NCBI GenBank assembly: GCA_963663545.1
Contig: OY760505.1
Span: forward strand, 448,001-512,000
Source: Candidatus Delongbacteria bacterium
GTDB taxonomy: Bacteria > CAIWAD01
Direction: 5' to 3'
DNA length: 64,000 nucleotides
A program made the translations under genes and the position numbers. Below are positions 49,817-59,706 of this stretch, in pieces (position 1 is the first letter of the stretch; every line of letters starts with the position of its first letter). A model generated the notes under the pieces. That model made no database searches and was not told the origin of the DNA. It saw only the letters and a list, made by a program, of their open reading frames with translations.

Positions 49817-51021
49817 CCCTGCTCCTTGAGCCAGATATCAACTTCCGGCAGATCAGCTCCCCGTCCAAAGGCAGCGGCCAGTTGCTGCTGCACGGGAACC
49901 GGAAACTGTGGTGCCAGATGCCGGGTGAACCAATAAAAGAGCGCGCGTCTGGTATCTAAGGAAGGAACCCGCTGAGGATCAGTGGCTGTGGCCAAAGCAC
50001 TCAAGTAATTGCGCAGCATCAGGCGGTCGGCGTTCGTCGCGGACTGGTAGCGCAGGCTGTAACTGTCCATGCCCGCCGTGCGCCACTGACTGATCCAGCA
50101 GGCCGGATCAAAAATGGACTTGTGCTCTCCCGTCTGTACCAGCGTCGCCAGGCCTAGGCTTTCCCCCCGCTCCATTAGCGACTCAAGCCCGGAAGTGGGT
50201 GCAAGCGTACTGGCAAAACACACAGGACGGCCCTGAAGCTGAGCTTCCTGCAGCACGCGCTCCATCAACACTTCGCTCAAGGGCCGCGTAAGCTTCGTCT
50301 GAAGCTGCTCCAGCTCAGAAGCCGTGATACACAGGGGCAAGCCCTGGCGGATCATGTAGAGCGGGTACCAGTTCGTGTTCATCAGACTCTGGTTGATCAC
50401 CGTCAGATCCGGGCGCACATCCAGCACACGCTGCAGAATCCAGCAGGGATAAGTGTCATTGTCACCATTGGTCAGCAGCACACTACCCAGCGGCAGACAG
50501 GCCAGCATGTTGTAGCCGTAATCGAGGATCACATCGGAAATCGCACCCATGCTCAGTAGATCGGACAGCGCTTGATCGGTAGCAGCGTCATCCCCCTGCT
50601 GCATGTACATCACGCTTAGCATGAAGAGAGGATCGTCGTAGGCAGGATCCAAACGGTGCGCCAACTCCAGGTATTCCAGCGCCTGCGCCCGTGTATCACT
50701 CTGATACCGCACCGCCAGCTCAAGCCCCTGCAGATAAAGCAGCGTCGGATTGGCCGGGTACTTGCGCAGCGCTTTGGCCAGCTCCTTCTCGTACTTTTCG
50801 TCCTGGGCGTAGCGCATGGCGTAGAGTCGGTTGGCAGCCGCGTACTCAGAGGGCTGCTCGCGGTAATAATTCTGCCATTGCTGAGCCAGCTCCTGGTAGG
50901 CGCCTGGCTCCAGGCATTCACGACGCTTGCTCAGCACCTCGCGCGGTCGCAGCAGCGCATCGGCGGCCACCGCCACTCCGGCGCTGATGAGCAGAAGCAG
51001 CAAAACGGTTTTCTTCCACAT
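49804..51021 (-). CDS. Secreted TPR-like protein with GDNDTYP motif
   Basis: Signal peptide MWKKTVLLLLLISAG; helical repeats; LLTNGDNDTYPCW. Confidence 0.8.
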   Translation of the reverse strand: MWKKTVLLLLLISAGVAVAADALLRPREVLSKRRECLEPGAYQELAQQWQNYYREQPSEYAAANRLYAMRYAQDEKYEKELAKALRKYPANPTLLYLQGLELAVRYQSDTRAQALEYLELAHRLDPAYDDPLFMLSVMYMQQGDDAATDQALSDLLSMGAISDVILDYGYNMLACLPLGSVLLTNGDNDTYPCWILQRVLDVRPDLTVINQSLMNTNWYPLYMIRQGLPLCITASELEQLQTKLTRPLSEVLMERVLQEAQLQGRPVCFASTLAPTSGLESLMERGESLGLATLVQTGEHKSIFDPACWISQWRTAGMDSYSLRYQSATNADRLMLRNYLSALATATDPQRVPSLDTRRALFYWFTRHLAPQFPVPVQQQLAAAFGRGADLPEVDIWLKEQGWKP

Positions 51022-51184
51022 GGCATCACTCCTGATTAGGCACGGGTCACTCCGTACTACACAGAGAATCCGCGAGGAGGGCAAAGGTTCAGCGGCGCAC
51101 GAAAAAACATCTGTGTTGCGTGGGACAAAGTAACACGAGCAAAGAAAAGGGCGACCCAAGGGCCGCCCGTGTGACACATCATGA

Positions 51185-52810
51185 TCAGGCCAACTGCCTT
51201 CGCAGCATGAAATCCAGCAATAGCATGCGCAGGAAGGTGACAGCGAAAAAGCCCATCAGTACCGCGGCGATCCAGTCGACGCCCATCACGAAACCCGCAA
51301 AGAGGCAGACGCCCACCATGGCGAAGGGGGTGAGGATATCAACCAGCTTCTTGCCCCCCGCCAGCGGCTGCCAGCGCTCCGGTCCCGTGTACATCTCTTC
51401 GGAATCGGCGGTGGCCAGTGTCTCACGCCGGTCGGGAAGCTTGTGTGACGCAACAAAGCTCAGCAGGTAGGCGACGGATCCCGCCAGAATGAGCATGCTG
51501 ATGCTAAGGTTGTCACCCGGAACTCCCGGCACGCCGAAAAGGCCCTCCTGAAGACTTGCGATCCAGCCGTAATTCAAACCGTGCTCGTAAAGCCAGGCGC
51601 CACTGCTGTAGCTGAAGGAATAGGCCAGGTTGCTGATGGACATGAAGCCCGCAAACAGACTGCCAGCAGCAGCGACCGGAATCACAGCGCCCACCAGACT
51701 GAAGGTACTCATGCGAATGATGCTGATGGCAACGGCCAGCAGCATGTTGTAGGACGCCATGAAGCCCAGGCGAACCGTATCGAGCTCGAGGAAGGGCAGC
51801 ATTTTTGCCAGGCCGTTCGTGATACGCGTGAACCAGGGATCCACCAGCGCGTACTGGCTCAGGTTGATCAGCACGCTGATCAGGATGAAAATCTTGAAGA
51901 GGTTGCGCAGACCGAAGCGATCCTGCCAGCGAATTCCTACGCCGGCAAACAGCAGCACGCCTACGAAAAAGCCAATGTAGCTGGCGCCATCGGAGAGACC
52001 GATCTGCGTCTGCGTAAAGTGCAGATCTTCGATCATGTAGTTCGTCCAGAGCGCGCCCATGGCCGGTTGGAAGTGGAACACGAAGTAGAAGAGCATCACC
52101 CAGAGAATCGGCCCCGTGTGCAGACCATGCCAGAAGCCCAGCACCGATTGCTTGATGGGAATCGGCACCGCTTTGTCCTTGGGCAGACGTAACACAAAGA
52201 GCAGCACCAGAATGGGCACGATGGCCAAGACCGGTAGCAGGTTTTTGACTTCCATGTTGTCGGCGATCCAGCCACCGGAGACCGCCGCGAGGATGCTGGT
52301 GCCGTAGATGGCCGCCCAGCAGATGGCCTGATTCAGGCCGACGGTGGTTGACTTGCTGCGACCGGTTTCCTGCGCTTCTTCTTCGCCGGAGATCACCGTG
52401 GCACGGTCGACGGCTACATCGGTGGCGGCCAGAATGATGCTCAGGGTGAACATCATGCCGAAGAAGACCATGGCGCTTGTATCGACAAAGGGCGTCAGAA
52501 AGTAGAAGACCAGAGCCATGGAGAGCAGCGCCGTCAGCGCGACCTTGGTTTTGCCGTAGGCGTCCATGAAGAAGCCCAGGATGGGCTTGAAACTCCAGGC
52601 CAGGTAGGACTTGCTGAAGAAGGCCTGGGTCTGTGCCTCCGTCAGGCCGTAATCAACGCGGAAGTGCTTGAAGAAGGGCTGGTAGGTGACTCCCTGAAAA
52701 GGGTTCGAGAGGCCCTGTAACACGTACTCGAGGCCAAAGACCCACTTCAGTGCACGGCGTCCGCGCAATTCCTCTTCACGACTGATCTGAACGTCCTGTT
52801 CCTGGCTCAT
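51185..52810 (-). CDS. MFS transporter, BT1/folate-biopterin-like
   Basis: AWSFKPILGFFMD, AATDVAVD; multiple TM; AGGAGG RBS before ATG 52810. Confidence 0.8.
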   Translation of the reverse strand: MSQEQDVQISREEELRGRRALKWVFGLEYVLQGLSNPFQGVTYQPFFKHFRVDYGLTEAQTQAFFSKSYLAWSFKPILGFFMDAYGKTKVALTALLSMALVFYFLTPFVDTSAMVFFGMMFTLSIILAATDVAVDRATVISGEEEAQETGRSKSTTVGLNQAICWAAIYGTSILAAVSGGWIADNMEVKNLLPVLAIVPILVLLFVLRLPKDKAVPIPIKQSVLGFWHGLHTGPILWVMLFYFVFHFQPAMGALWTNYMIEDLHFTQTQIGLSDGASYIGFFVGVLLFAGVGIRWQDRFGLRNLFKIFILISVLINLSQYALVDPWFTRITNGLAKMLPFLELDTVRLGFMASYNMLLAVAISIIRMSTFSLVGAVIPVAAAGSLFAGFMSISNLAYSFSYSSGAWLYEHGLNYGWIASLQEGLFGVPGVPGDNLSISMLILAGSVAYLLSFVASHKLPDRRETLATADSEEMYTGPERWQPLAGGKKLVDILTPFAMVGVCLFAGFVMGVDWIAAVLMGFFAVTFLRMLLLDFMLRRQLA

Positions 52811-52911
52811 GCATCCTCCTATTTGGAAGGCGCAAAAATGGGAAAGGCGCGCCGTACTCCAAAGGTCGGTCGCGCCTTGAAATGTCGCATTCACTGCATT
52901 ACGCGGTTGTA

Positions 52912-54729
52912 TTACGCGCTTTCGGGCTTGGCGCTCTTGCGCATGGCGCGGCGGCGGTCCAACTCGTCCAGCAGGTTCTTGCGCAGTCGCAGGAAATTGG
53001 GGGTCACCTCAAGGTACTCGTCGGCGGCCAGGAACTCCAGGTTCTCCTCCAGGCTGAAGATCACCGGTGGCGCGATGCGCAGGCTGCGATCCGAACCGGA
53101 GGCGCGCATGTTGGTCAGCTTCTTCGACTTGAGCACGTTGACCACCAGATCGTTGTCGCGCGTGTACTCGCCGATCACCTGGCCCATGTAGACCTGGTCT
53201 CCGGGTTTCACGAAGAAGCGACCGCGATCCTGCAGGCCGTCCAGCGCGTAACCCACGGCTTCGCCCGTGGCCATGGCGATGATCGAACCGGACAGGCGTC
53301 CGGGGATGCTGCCCTTGAAGTACTCGTACTGATGGAAACGGTGATACAATACGATCTCGCCGCCGGTGGCCTTGAGCATGCGGCTGCGGAAGCCGATCAG
53401 GCCGCGACTGGGCATGTAGAATTCCATGCGCGTTCGCGAGTCGCCTTGCTCCATGTTGATCATCTCTCCGCGACGCTGGGCCACGGTTTCAATGACCACA
53501 CCGGCGTGTTCGCTGGCCACGTCGACGCTCAAAATCTCGACGGGTTCGGCCTTGCGTCCGTTGATCTCCTTGTAGATCACGCGCGGCTGCCCCACCATGA
53601 ACTCGTAGCCTTCGCGACGCATGGTTTCCATCAGAATGGAGAGATGCAGAATGCCACGTCCCGAGACCTTGAAGGTATCGGCACTGCTGGTTTCCTCGAC
53701 GCGCAGGGCAATGTCGCGCTCTGTCTCACGGAAGAGGCGCTCACGCACTTGTCGGCTGGTGACGTAGCGGCCATCCTTACCGTAGAAGGGACTGTCGTTG
53801 ATCATGAAATACATGGAGAGCGTGGGCTCGTCCATGGCGATCAGCGGCAGTGGTTCGGCGTGTTCCACGTCGGCAATTGTATCACCAATGTCGACACCCT
53901 CAAGCCCGATGATGGCGCAGATCTCGCCGCAGCCGACCTTCTCGATCTCGCAGCGGCCCAGGTTATCAAAGTAGAAGAGCTTGCGCACCTGCTGTTCCTG
54001 TCGGCTGCCATCTCGTTTCAGTACAGAGATGCGCTGTCCCTGCGCCAGCTCGCCGCGGAAAACACGGCCAATGGCAATGCGGCCCACGTACTCGCTGTAA
54101 TCCAGGGCGGTAACCAGCATCTGCAGCGGTCCGGCGTTGAAGCGCGGGGCGGGAATGTGCTCCACAATGGCATCCAGTAGCGGCGCCAGATCAACGCGCT
54201 CGTCGTCGATTTCACGCGCTGCCCAGCCAGCTCGCGCTGAGCTGTAGATCACCGGAAACTCAAGTTGCGCATCGTCGGCACCCAGCTCCATGAAGAGCTC
54301 AAAGACCTCGTCGTGCACCTCCTCCGGTCGCGCGTTTTCGCGATCCATTTTGTTGATCACGACAATGGGCTTCAGGTGTAGCTGCAGCGCCTTCTGTAAC
54401 ACAAAACGCGTCTGCGGCATGGGACCTTCAAATGCGTCGACGAGCAACAGCACGCCGTCGGCCATCTTCAGCACACGCTCCACTTCACCACCGAAATCGG
54501 CGTGCCCGGGAGTATCAATGATGTTGATGCGTGTGTCACCCCAGACCACGGCCAGGTTCTTCGAAGTAATGGTGATACCGCGCTCGCGTTCCAGATCGTT
54601 GCTGTCCATGAAGCGCTCGCGCACTTCCTGTCCTTCGCGGAACACCTTGCAGCTACCGAGGATCTTGTCGACGAGAGTGGTTTTGCCGTGGTCGACGTGG
54701 GCAATGATGGCGACGTTGCGGAGATTCAT
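52912..54729 (-). CDS. typA: Translational GTPase TypA/BipA
   Basis: [42 protein letters not shown]. Confidence 0.98.
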   Translation of the reverse strand: MNLRNVAIIAHVDHGKTTLVDKILGSCKVFREGQEVRERFMDSNDLERERGITITSKNLAVVWGDTRINIIDTPGHADFGGEVERVLKMADGVLLLVDAFEGPMPQTRFVLQKALQLHLKPIVVINKMDRENARPEEVHDEVFELFMELGADDAQLEFPVIYSSARAGWAAREIDDERVDLAPLLDAIVEHIPAPRFNAGPLQMLVTALDYSEYVGRIAIGRVFRGELAQGQRISVLKRDGSRQEQQVRKLFYFDNLGRCEIEKVGCGEICAIIGLEGVDIGDTIADVEHAEPLPLIAMDEPTLSMYFMINDSPFYGKDGRYVTSRQVRERLFRETERDIALRVEETSSADTFKVSGRGILHLSILMETMRREGYEFMVGQPRVIYKEINGRKAEPVEILSVDVASEHAGVVIETVAQRRGEMINMEQGDSRTRMEFYMPSRGLIGFRSRMLKATGGEIVLYHRFHQYEYFKGSIPGRLSGSIIAMATGEAVGYALDGLQDRGRFFVKPGDQVYMGQVIGEYTRDNDLVVNVLKSKKLTNMRASGSDRSLRIAPPVIFSLEENLEFLAADEYLEVTPNFLRLRKNLLDELDRRRAMRKSAKPESA

Positions 54730-54909
54730 CGGGACTTTCCTTGAGAAAAAAGCGAGGAAGGTAGGAAATGCAAAGCTGACTGACACGGTTTGCCGCAAAA
54801 CAGTTTTGGCGGACTCCGCCGGTCCACTAACCAAGGATTGTGTATGGCTGGAATGCGGCCATGCGCTGCAGTAGCGTTCGCCTGTTGATACCGATAGCGA
54901 TTAGGGAGG

Positions 54910-55725
54910 CTACTTCAGGACCAACTCCACCGGGCAATGGTCGCTGCCGGTGATTTGGTCGAGGATGTCGGCCTTCTGCAAACGCGGCTCCAGATCGCGC
55001 GAGGCAAAGAAATAGTCCAGGCGCCAGCCGACGTTCTTGGCGCGCGCGCCACCGCGATTGGACCACCAGGAATAGCGATCAGCTGCATCAGGGTGAAGAT
55101 GACGAAAGCTGTCGATCATGCCCGTGGTGTGTGTGCCGGATAGAAAGCGATCGATCCAGGCGCACTCTTCCGGCAAAAAGCCGCTGTTCTTGCGGTTGGC
55201 CGCGGGGCGCGCAAGGTCGATCTCGCGATGGCTGGTGTTCAGGTCGCCGCAGACGACGACGCTCTCGCCACGTGTGACAAGGTCCTCCACCAAACGTTGG
55301 AAGGCCTCGTAGAAGTTCATCTTGTAGTGCAGCCGCTCTTCACCGGAAGTGCCGTTGGGAAAGTAGATATTGAACAGCAGAAAGCTGCTCTTGCCAAGGG
55401 CATGGCGACTCACGGTGACACGGCCTTCGTTATCCCACTCAGCCAGGGCAGCGTCCAAGGCGGCAAAACCGCTGTGAATCTCCATGGGCGGCGTGAGACA
55501 AAGCGTGGCCGTTCCGCTGTAGCCGGGACGCTCTGCGGGGTTTAGATGGAAGCTGTAGCCCAGCTCCGCCAACTCCTCCAGAAAGCCCTTGGGCAGCTGC
55601 TCTTCGCGCACACGGGTTTCCTGCAGGCAAAGCACATCGGGCCTCTCGGCTTTCAGCTTCACCATGAAATCCTTGCCCAAAACGGAGCGCAGTCCGTTCA
55701 CATTCCACGAAAGCAGGCGTATCAC
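54910..55725 (-). CDS. xth: Exodeoxyribonuclease III
   Basis: SWNVNGLR, LQET, GDLN, GWRLDYF, SDHCP; GTG start at 55725. Confidence 0.95.
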   Translation of the reverse strand: MIRLLSWNVNGLRSVLGKDFMVKLKAERPDVLCLQETRVREEQLPKGFLEELAELGYSFHLNPAERPGYSGTATLCLTPPMEIHSGFAALDAALAEWDNEGRVTVSRHALGKSSFLLFNIYFPNGTSGEERLHYKMNFYEAFQRLVEDLVTRGESVVVCGDLNTSHREIDLARPAANRKNSGFLPEECAWIDRFLSGTHTTGMIDSFRHLHPDAADRYSWWSNRGGARAKNVGWRLDYFFASRDLEPRLQKADILDQITGSDHCPVELVLK

Positions 55726-55726
55726 A

Positions 55727-57544
55727 TCAAATCCTTTCCGGTGTGGGAATGCCCATGATGTCCAGGCCCTGGCGAATGGCGGTGCCGACAGCGTCCACCA
55801 GCGCAATACGCTGCTGCGCCAACTCGGGGTCGTCCACGCGATCAAAGACGCTGTGGGCGTTGAAGAAGCGCGAGAAAGCGCGCGCCAGCTCGTAGGTGCG
55901 GGTAGCCACACGCGAAGGGTTGAACTGCGCCGCCGCCTGCTGTACTTCCAGTGGCCAGAAGGCCAGCTGCTTCAGCAACTCCACTTCCTCTTCGTTGCCC
56001 AGCTTGTCGAATTGTGTCACAGCGGCAGCATCTACTCCGCTCTTGCGAATCAGACTGCGAATACGCGCCTGGGCGTACTGCAGATAGGGGCCGGTATTTC
56101 CCTGCAGGTCGATGGACTCCTTGGGATCGTAGAGCATGTCCAGCTTGGGATTCACCTTGAGCACGAAGTACTTCAGCGCGCCCAGCGCCAAGGCGTGGAC
56201 CACTTCTTCCTGCTCTTCCACAGGCATATCCAGACGACGTTCGCCCTGCTGCATCACCTCGCGACAGGCATCCTTCAGCTCCTGCAGCAGATCGTCGGCA
56301 TCCACTACGCGGCCCTCGCGACTCTTCATCTTGCCGGTGGTCAAGTTGACCATGCCGTAGCTGAAGTGCAGCAGCCGGTCAGCCCAGTCGTAGCCCAGCT
56401 TTTGTAACACGTGAAAGAGCACGCGAAAGTGGTGTTCCTGCTCGTTGCCGACGACGTAGATCATGCGCTGAAAGTCCAGCTCGCGCTGACGTGCTACAGC
56501 GGTGCCGATGTCCTGCGTCATGTAGAGACTGGTACCGTCGCTGCGCAACAACACCTTGGGTTGCAGCTTGAGTTCTTCCAGAGAGCAAACCACAGCGCCC
56601 GTGTCATTGCGCTCAAGCGAACCCTTATCCAGGCCTGCTTCAATGATATCCCGGCCCAGCAAGTAGGTGTTGCTTTCGTAATACACGCGATCGAAGTGCA
56701 CGCCAAGTTCGCTGTAGGTCTGCTCAAAACCATCGAACACCCAACTATTCATCCTTTCCCAGAGCTGGCGTACGGCTGTATCACCGGCCTCCCAGTCACG
56801 CAGCATTTGCCGCACGGCCGACAGCAACTCGCTCTTCTCGCCAAACTCCTGCTCCAGCGCATCCTGCTCGTCGCGCGGGAGAACTTTCGGGTCCACACCC
56901 TTGGCCGTGTACCAAGCGTCCTGTTCGGCTTTCAGCTTTTGGGCAAAGAGCACGTAAAAACGGCCCACCAGGTGGTCGCCCTTCTCGCCGGAGCTTTCGG
57001 GTGTAACGCCCTCGCCCCAGCGCTGCCAGGCCAACATGCTGCGGCAGATGTGCACACCACGATCGTTGATCAGATTCACGCGTGTTACATCGTGCCCCGC
57101 CACCGACAGTAGATTGGCCAGGCCCTCGCCCAGGATGTTGTTGCGCACATGGCCCAGGTGCTGGGGCTTGTTGGTGTTGGGACAAGAATACTCCACCACC
57201 ACACGCTCGCGCTCGGCGTCCGGCAGCTGCGGCAGCCCCTCGCGCTGAGCGAGGATCACATCGCTGAACCAGCGGGTCACATCCACCTTGAGGTTGAGGT
57301 AGGGGCCAGCGGCGTTCACCTCTGTCAGTGGCGCTTTGCCTTCGAGCCGCGCAGCCAGCTCCTGGGCGATCTGCTGGGGCGCGCGTCGGCAGGCTTTGGC
57401 CAGCGGAAAACAAGCAAAGGCCAGATGTCCCATGGCAGCGTCGGGCGGCAGTTCGACAGAAAGGCTGCGCGGGTCCAACTCAACATTAAAAGCGTCCTGG
57501 ACACTGTTGCTGATCAGTTTGAGTACTTGTGATACAAGGCTCAT
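55727..57544 (-). CDS. argS: Arginine--tRNA ligase
   Basis: VEYSCPNTNKPQHLGH, KMKSREG, GNTGPYLQYA, IPTPERI. Confidence 0.97.
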   Translation of the reverse strand: MSLVSQVLKLISNSVQDAFNVELDPRSLSVELPPDAAMGHLAFACFPLAKACRRAPQQIAQELAARLEGKAPLTEVNAAGPYLNLKVDVTRWFSDVILAQREGLPQLPDAERERVVVEYSCPNTNKPQHLGHVRNNILGEGLANLLSVAGHDVTRVNLINDRGVHICRSMLAWQRWGEGVTPESSGEKGDHLVGRFYVLFAQKLKAEQDAWYTAKGVDPKVLPRDEQDALEQEFGEKSELLSAVRQMLRDWEAGDTAVRQLWERMNSWVFDGFEQTYSELGVHFDRVYYESNTYLLGRDIIEAGLDKGSLERNDTGAVVCSLEELKLQPKVLLRSDGTSLYMTQDIGTAVARQRELDFQRMIYVVGNEQEHHFRVLFHVLQKLGYDWADRLLHFSYGMVNLTTGKMKSREGRVVDADDLLQELKDACREVMQQGERRLDMPVEEQEEVVHALALGALKYFVLKVNPKLDMLYDPKESIDLQGNTGPYLQYAQARIRSLIRKSGVDAAAVTQFDKLGNEEEVELLKQLAFWPLEVQQAAAQFNPSRVATRTYELARAFSRFFNAHSVFDRVDDPELAQQRIALVDAVGTAIRQGLDIMGIPTPERI

Positions 57545-57582
57545 GGTCTTCCTTTCGGTGCGTGATACAGATCGCACTCGGT

Positions 57583-58038
57583 TCAACTCCAGTCAGATAG
57601 CTGGCGCAGGCCCTCGTAGGCCACAATCGCCACGCTGTTGGCCAGGTTCAAGCTGCGCGTACCACCAGGCATGGGAATGGTTAGCGTCTGGTCGTGATAC
57701 ACTTTCAGCAGATCCTCCGGCAAGCCAGCGGATTCGCGTCCAAAAACCAGCCAGTCTTCGCGCTGAAACACGTGGGTCGTGTAGGAACGTGTTCCCTTGG
57801 TCGAGAAGAAGCGAAAACGGTCCTCGCCGTATCGTTCCAGCAGTAGATCCAGGCTAGGTACTACGGTGAACAGGGTGCGCTCCCAGTAGTCCAGACCGGC
57901 CCGCTTCAAGCGCGCGTCGTCCAGACTGTAGCCCAGAGGTTCCACCAACCACAGGCGCGAACCTGTACAGGCACAAAGGCGAATGATGTTTCCGCTGTTC
58001 TGGGGGATTTCCGGCTCCACCAGCACGATATTGAACAT
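57583..58038 (-). CDS. trmL: tRNA (cytidine/uridine-34-2'-O)-methyltransferase
   Basis: PEIPQNSGNI, KRAGLDYW, FGRES, RSLNLANS. Confidence 0.96.
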   Translation of the reverse strand: MFNIVLVEPEIPQNSGNIIRLCACTGSRLWLVEPLGYSLDDARLKRAGLDYWERTLFTVVPSLDLLLERYGEDRFRFFSTKGTRSYTTHVFQREDWLVFGRESAGLPEDLLKVYHDQTLTIPMPGGTRSLNLANSVAIVAYEGLRQLSDWS

Positions 58039-58250
58039 GGCGTCCTCAAAAAGCATTGAATATCGGGCAGCCAGCCTGCAGGCGCAAGTTTGGCGTGAGT
58101 ATTGCTGCCGTAGCGGTTTGGAATGCAGGAGTCGACATTGCCTGACGCCGCAACAGATTGCCGTCCGGCCTGCACGAGCATTGCCCCTGCGAAGCTTTTT
58201 CCTTACTTCTGAACCAGAGGCGCGAAAGTGCGCGCTTCGAGGAGGTGATC

Positions 58251-59444
58251 ATGTACCGCTATCTGCTCGTTCTTCTGTTGCTACCCGTCATGCTTCTGGC
58301 CAGTGTACGCGGCAAGCCTGCACGCGTGGATCTGCACACGAGCGAAAACAGCCTGTCGCCGGGCCAGAGCTTTCGCGTACTGCTTGATCCCAGCGCCGAT
58401 GGTTTTGTCTACGTCTACAGCCTGGACGGTCGCGGCTACGTAAGCCTACTCTACCCTACCCTACCCGAGGATGGGCGCGGCGAAGTGCAGGCTGGCCAAC
58501 TTGTCGTCCTTGATCCGGTCTATGCCGGCCAGGAAAGCGGCAAGGAAACCCTTGTGGCTGTGCACACCCTGGAGTATCGCCCCATTCGCAGTTCACGGCA
58601 CGAGTTCCTGGCGCCCGATCCCGGCGACCTGCAAGATGTCAACGCGCGCCTGACCCGTGTGGACAAGGAACTGGACGTCTACAGCACCTGGCAGATCGAG
58701 ATCATCGGCCCGCCTGCCGCGGAAGAACAGGTGGGCATTGTGATTCACGATCATGTCTACGATTACTGGTGTCCCTATTGCGGTTGCTGGCACCCGCGCT
58801 GTACGCACAACCATTGCTATTGCGGATGGGAAGTGGTCGGCTACTATCACAGCCACTACCATTACGGCCACTGTTTCCTGTGGGGACATCCGCACTACGG
58901 GTGGCACCCACCGCTGTTCTACAGCTACGCGCCCGGCGGCAGTGACTGGGATTACGACACCAGCATTCCCCGTGAAGAATCGCCGGAAGTCTGGGAACGC
59001 TACCATGGCTTCAGCGAGCAGTGGCGCACGGCGGATCGTGAAGAAATCGATCCCGCGAGCTGGATTGATCCCCCCAAACGCGAAGGACCGCCACATCCCG
59101 ATGAAGCGGACATTCGCTCAGCCATTTCGCGTGTCACATGGAACGGCCCTTTGCCCGATGGTGTGTCACAGTGGAACACTGATCGCGGCTATGAGCCTTC
59201 GCCCCTCAACGCCGTCCAGCCTAGACCGGTGGAAGAGCGCAGCACACGCAGCCGGCAGGTTCAAGTAGCTCCGCGTGTTACAACACAGCCCGCAGCTCCG
59301 GCTGTGGCTGCACCGGATCAGAAGCTGCCCCAGGTCACACCAGCGCCTCCGAAGGCGGAAGAAGCTCCCAAGACGAAGCCGAAAGCGCCGACGAGCCGGA
59401 GCAAACGCACGCGGACTACGGGCAGCGACGACAAGAAGAAATAG
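58251..59444 (+). CDS. Secreted DUF4384-like protein with His/Tyr/Cys-rich middle and Pro/Lys-rich tail
   Basis: GGAGG RBS; signal peptide; DGFVYVYSLDGRGYVSLLYP. Confidence 0.8.
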   Translation: MYRYLLVLLLLPVMLLASVRGKPARVDLHTSENSLSPGQSFRVLLDPSADGFVYVYSLDGRGYVSLLYPTLPEDGRGEVQAGQLVVLDPVYAGQESGKETLVAVHTLEYRPIRSSRHEFLAPDPGDLQDVNARLTRVDKELDVYSTWQIEIIGPPAAEEQVGIVIHDHVYDYWCPYCGCWHPRCTHNHCYCGWEVVGYYHSHYHYGHCFLWGHPHYGWHPPLFYSYAPGGSDWDYDTSIPREESPEVWERYHGFSEQWRTADREEIDPASWIDPPKREGPPHPDEADIRSAISRVTWNGPLPDGVSQWNTDRGYEPSPLNAVQPRPVEERSTRSRQVQVAPRVTTQPAAPAVAAPDQKLPQVTPAPPKAEEAPKTKPKAPTSRSKRTRTTGSDDKKK

Positions 59445-59465
59445 TCGCCTTGGCCAGCCTATCAC

Positions 59466-59492
59466 AAGCCCCGCGCACAGCGGGGCTTTTCG
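59466..59492 (+). terminator. Intrinsic terminator
   Basis: AAGCCCCGC-gcaca-GCGGGGCTTTT. Confidence 0.75.
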
Positions 59493-59653
59493 TTTGTCTA
59501 CAGACAGACGGTAGATCGATGGAAGCTGCGGCTAGCTTTCCCCTGGTTGAAGAGCGGGAACTCGTATCACGAGCACTCAGCAGGAGTGAAGGGAGCGAAC
59601 CACAGGCTCCATGCACACCCTCATGTATCACAAGCCTGCTTGCGATGAAAAGA

Positions 59654-59684
59654 AACACCCCCTATCCGGAGACAGGGGGTGTAT
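59654..59684 (-). terminator. Probable terminator of the 59707-62049 gene
   Basis: ACACCCCCT...AGGGGGTGT stem with T-rich tail on the minus strand. Confidence 0.6.
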
Positions 59685-59706
59685 CACATTCAAATGGCGT
59701 CAGGTC

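Noticed and set aside
55726-55911. N-terminal extension of xth in the ORF track
   Set aside because: It overlaps the 3' end of argS; homology begins at VIRLLSWNVNG (GTG 55725).
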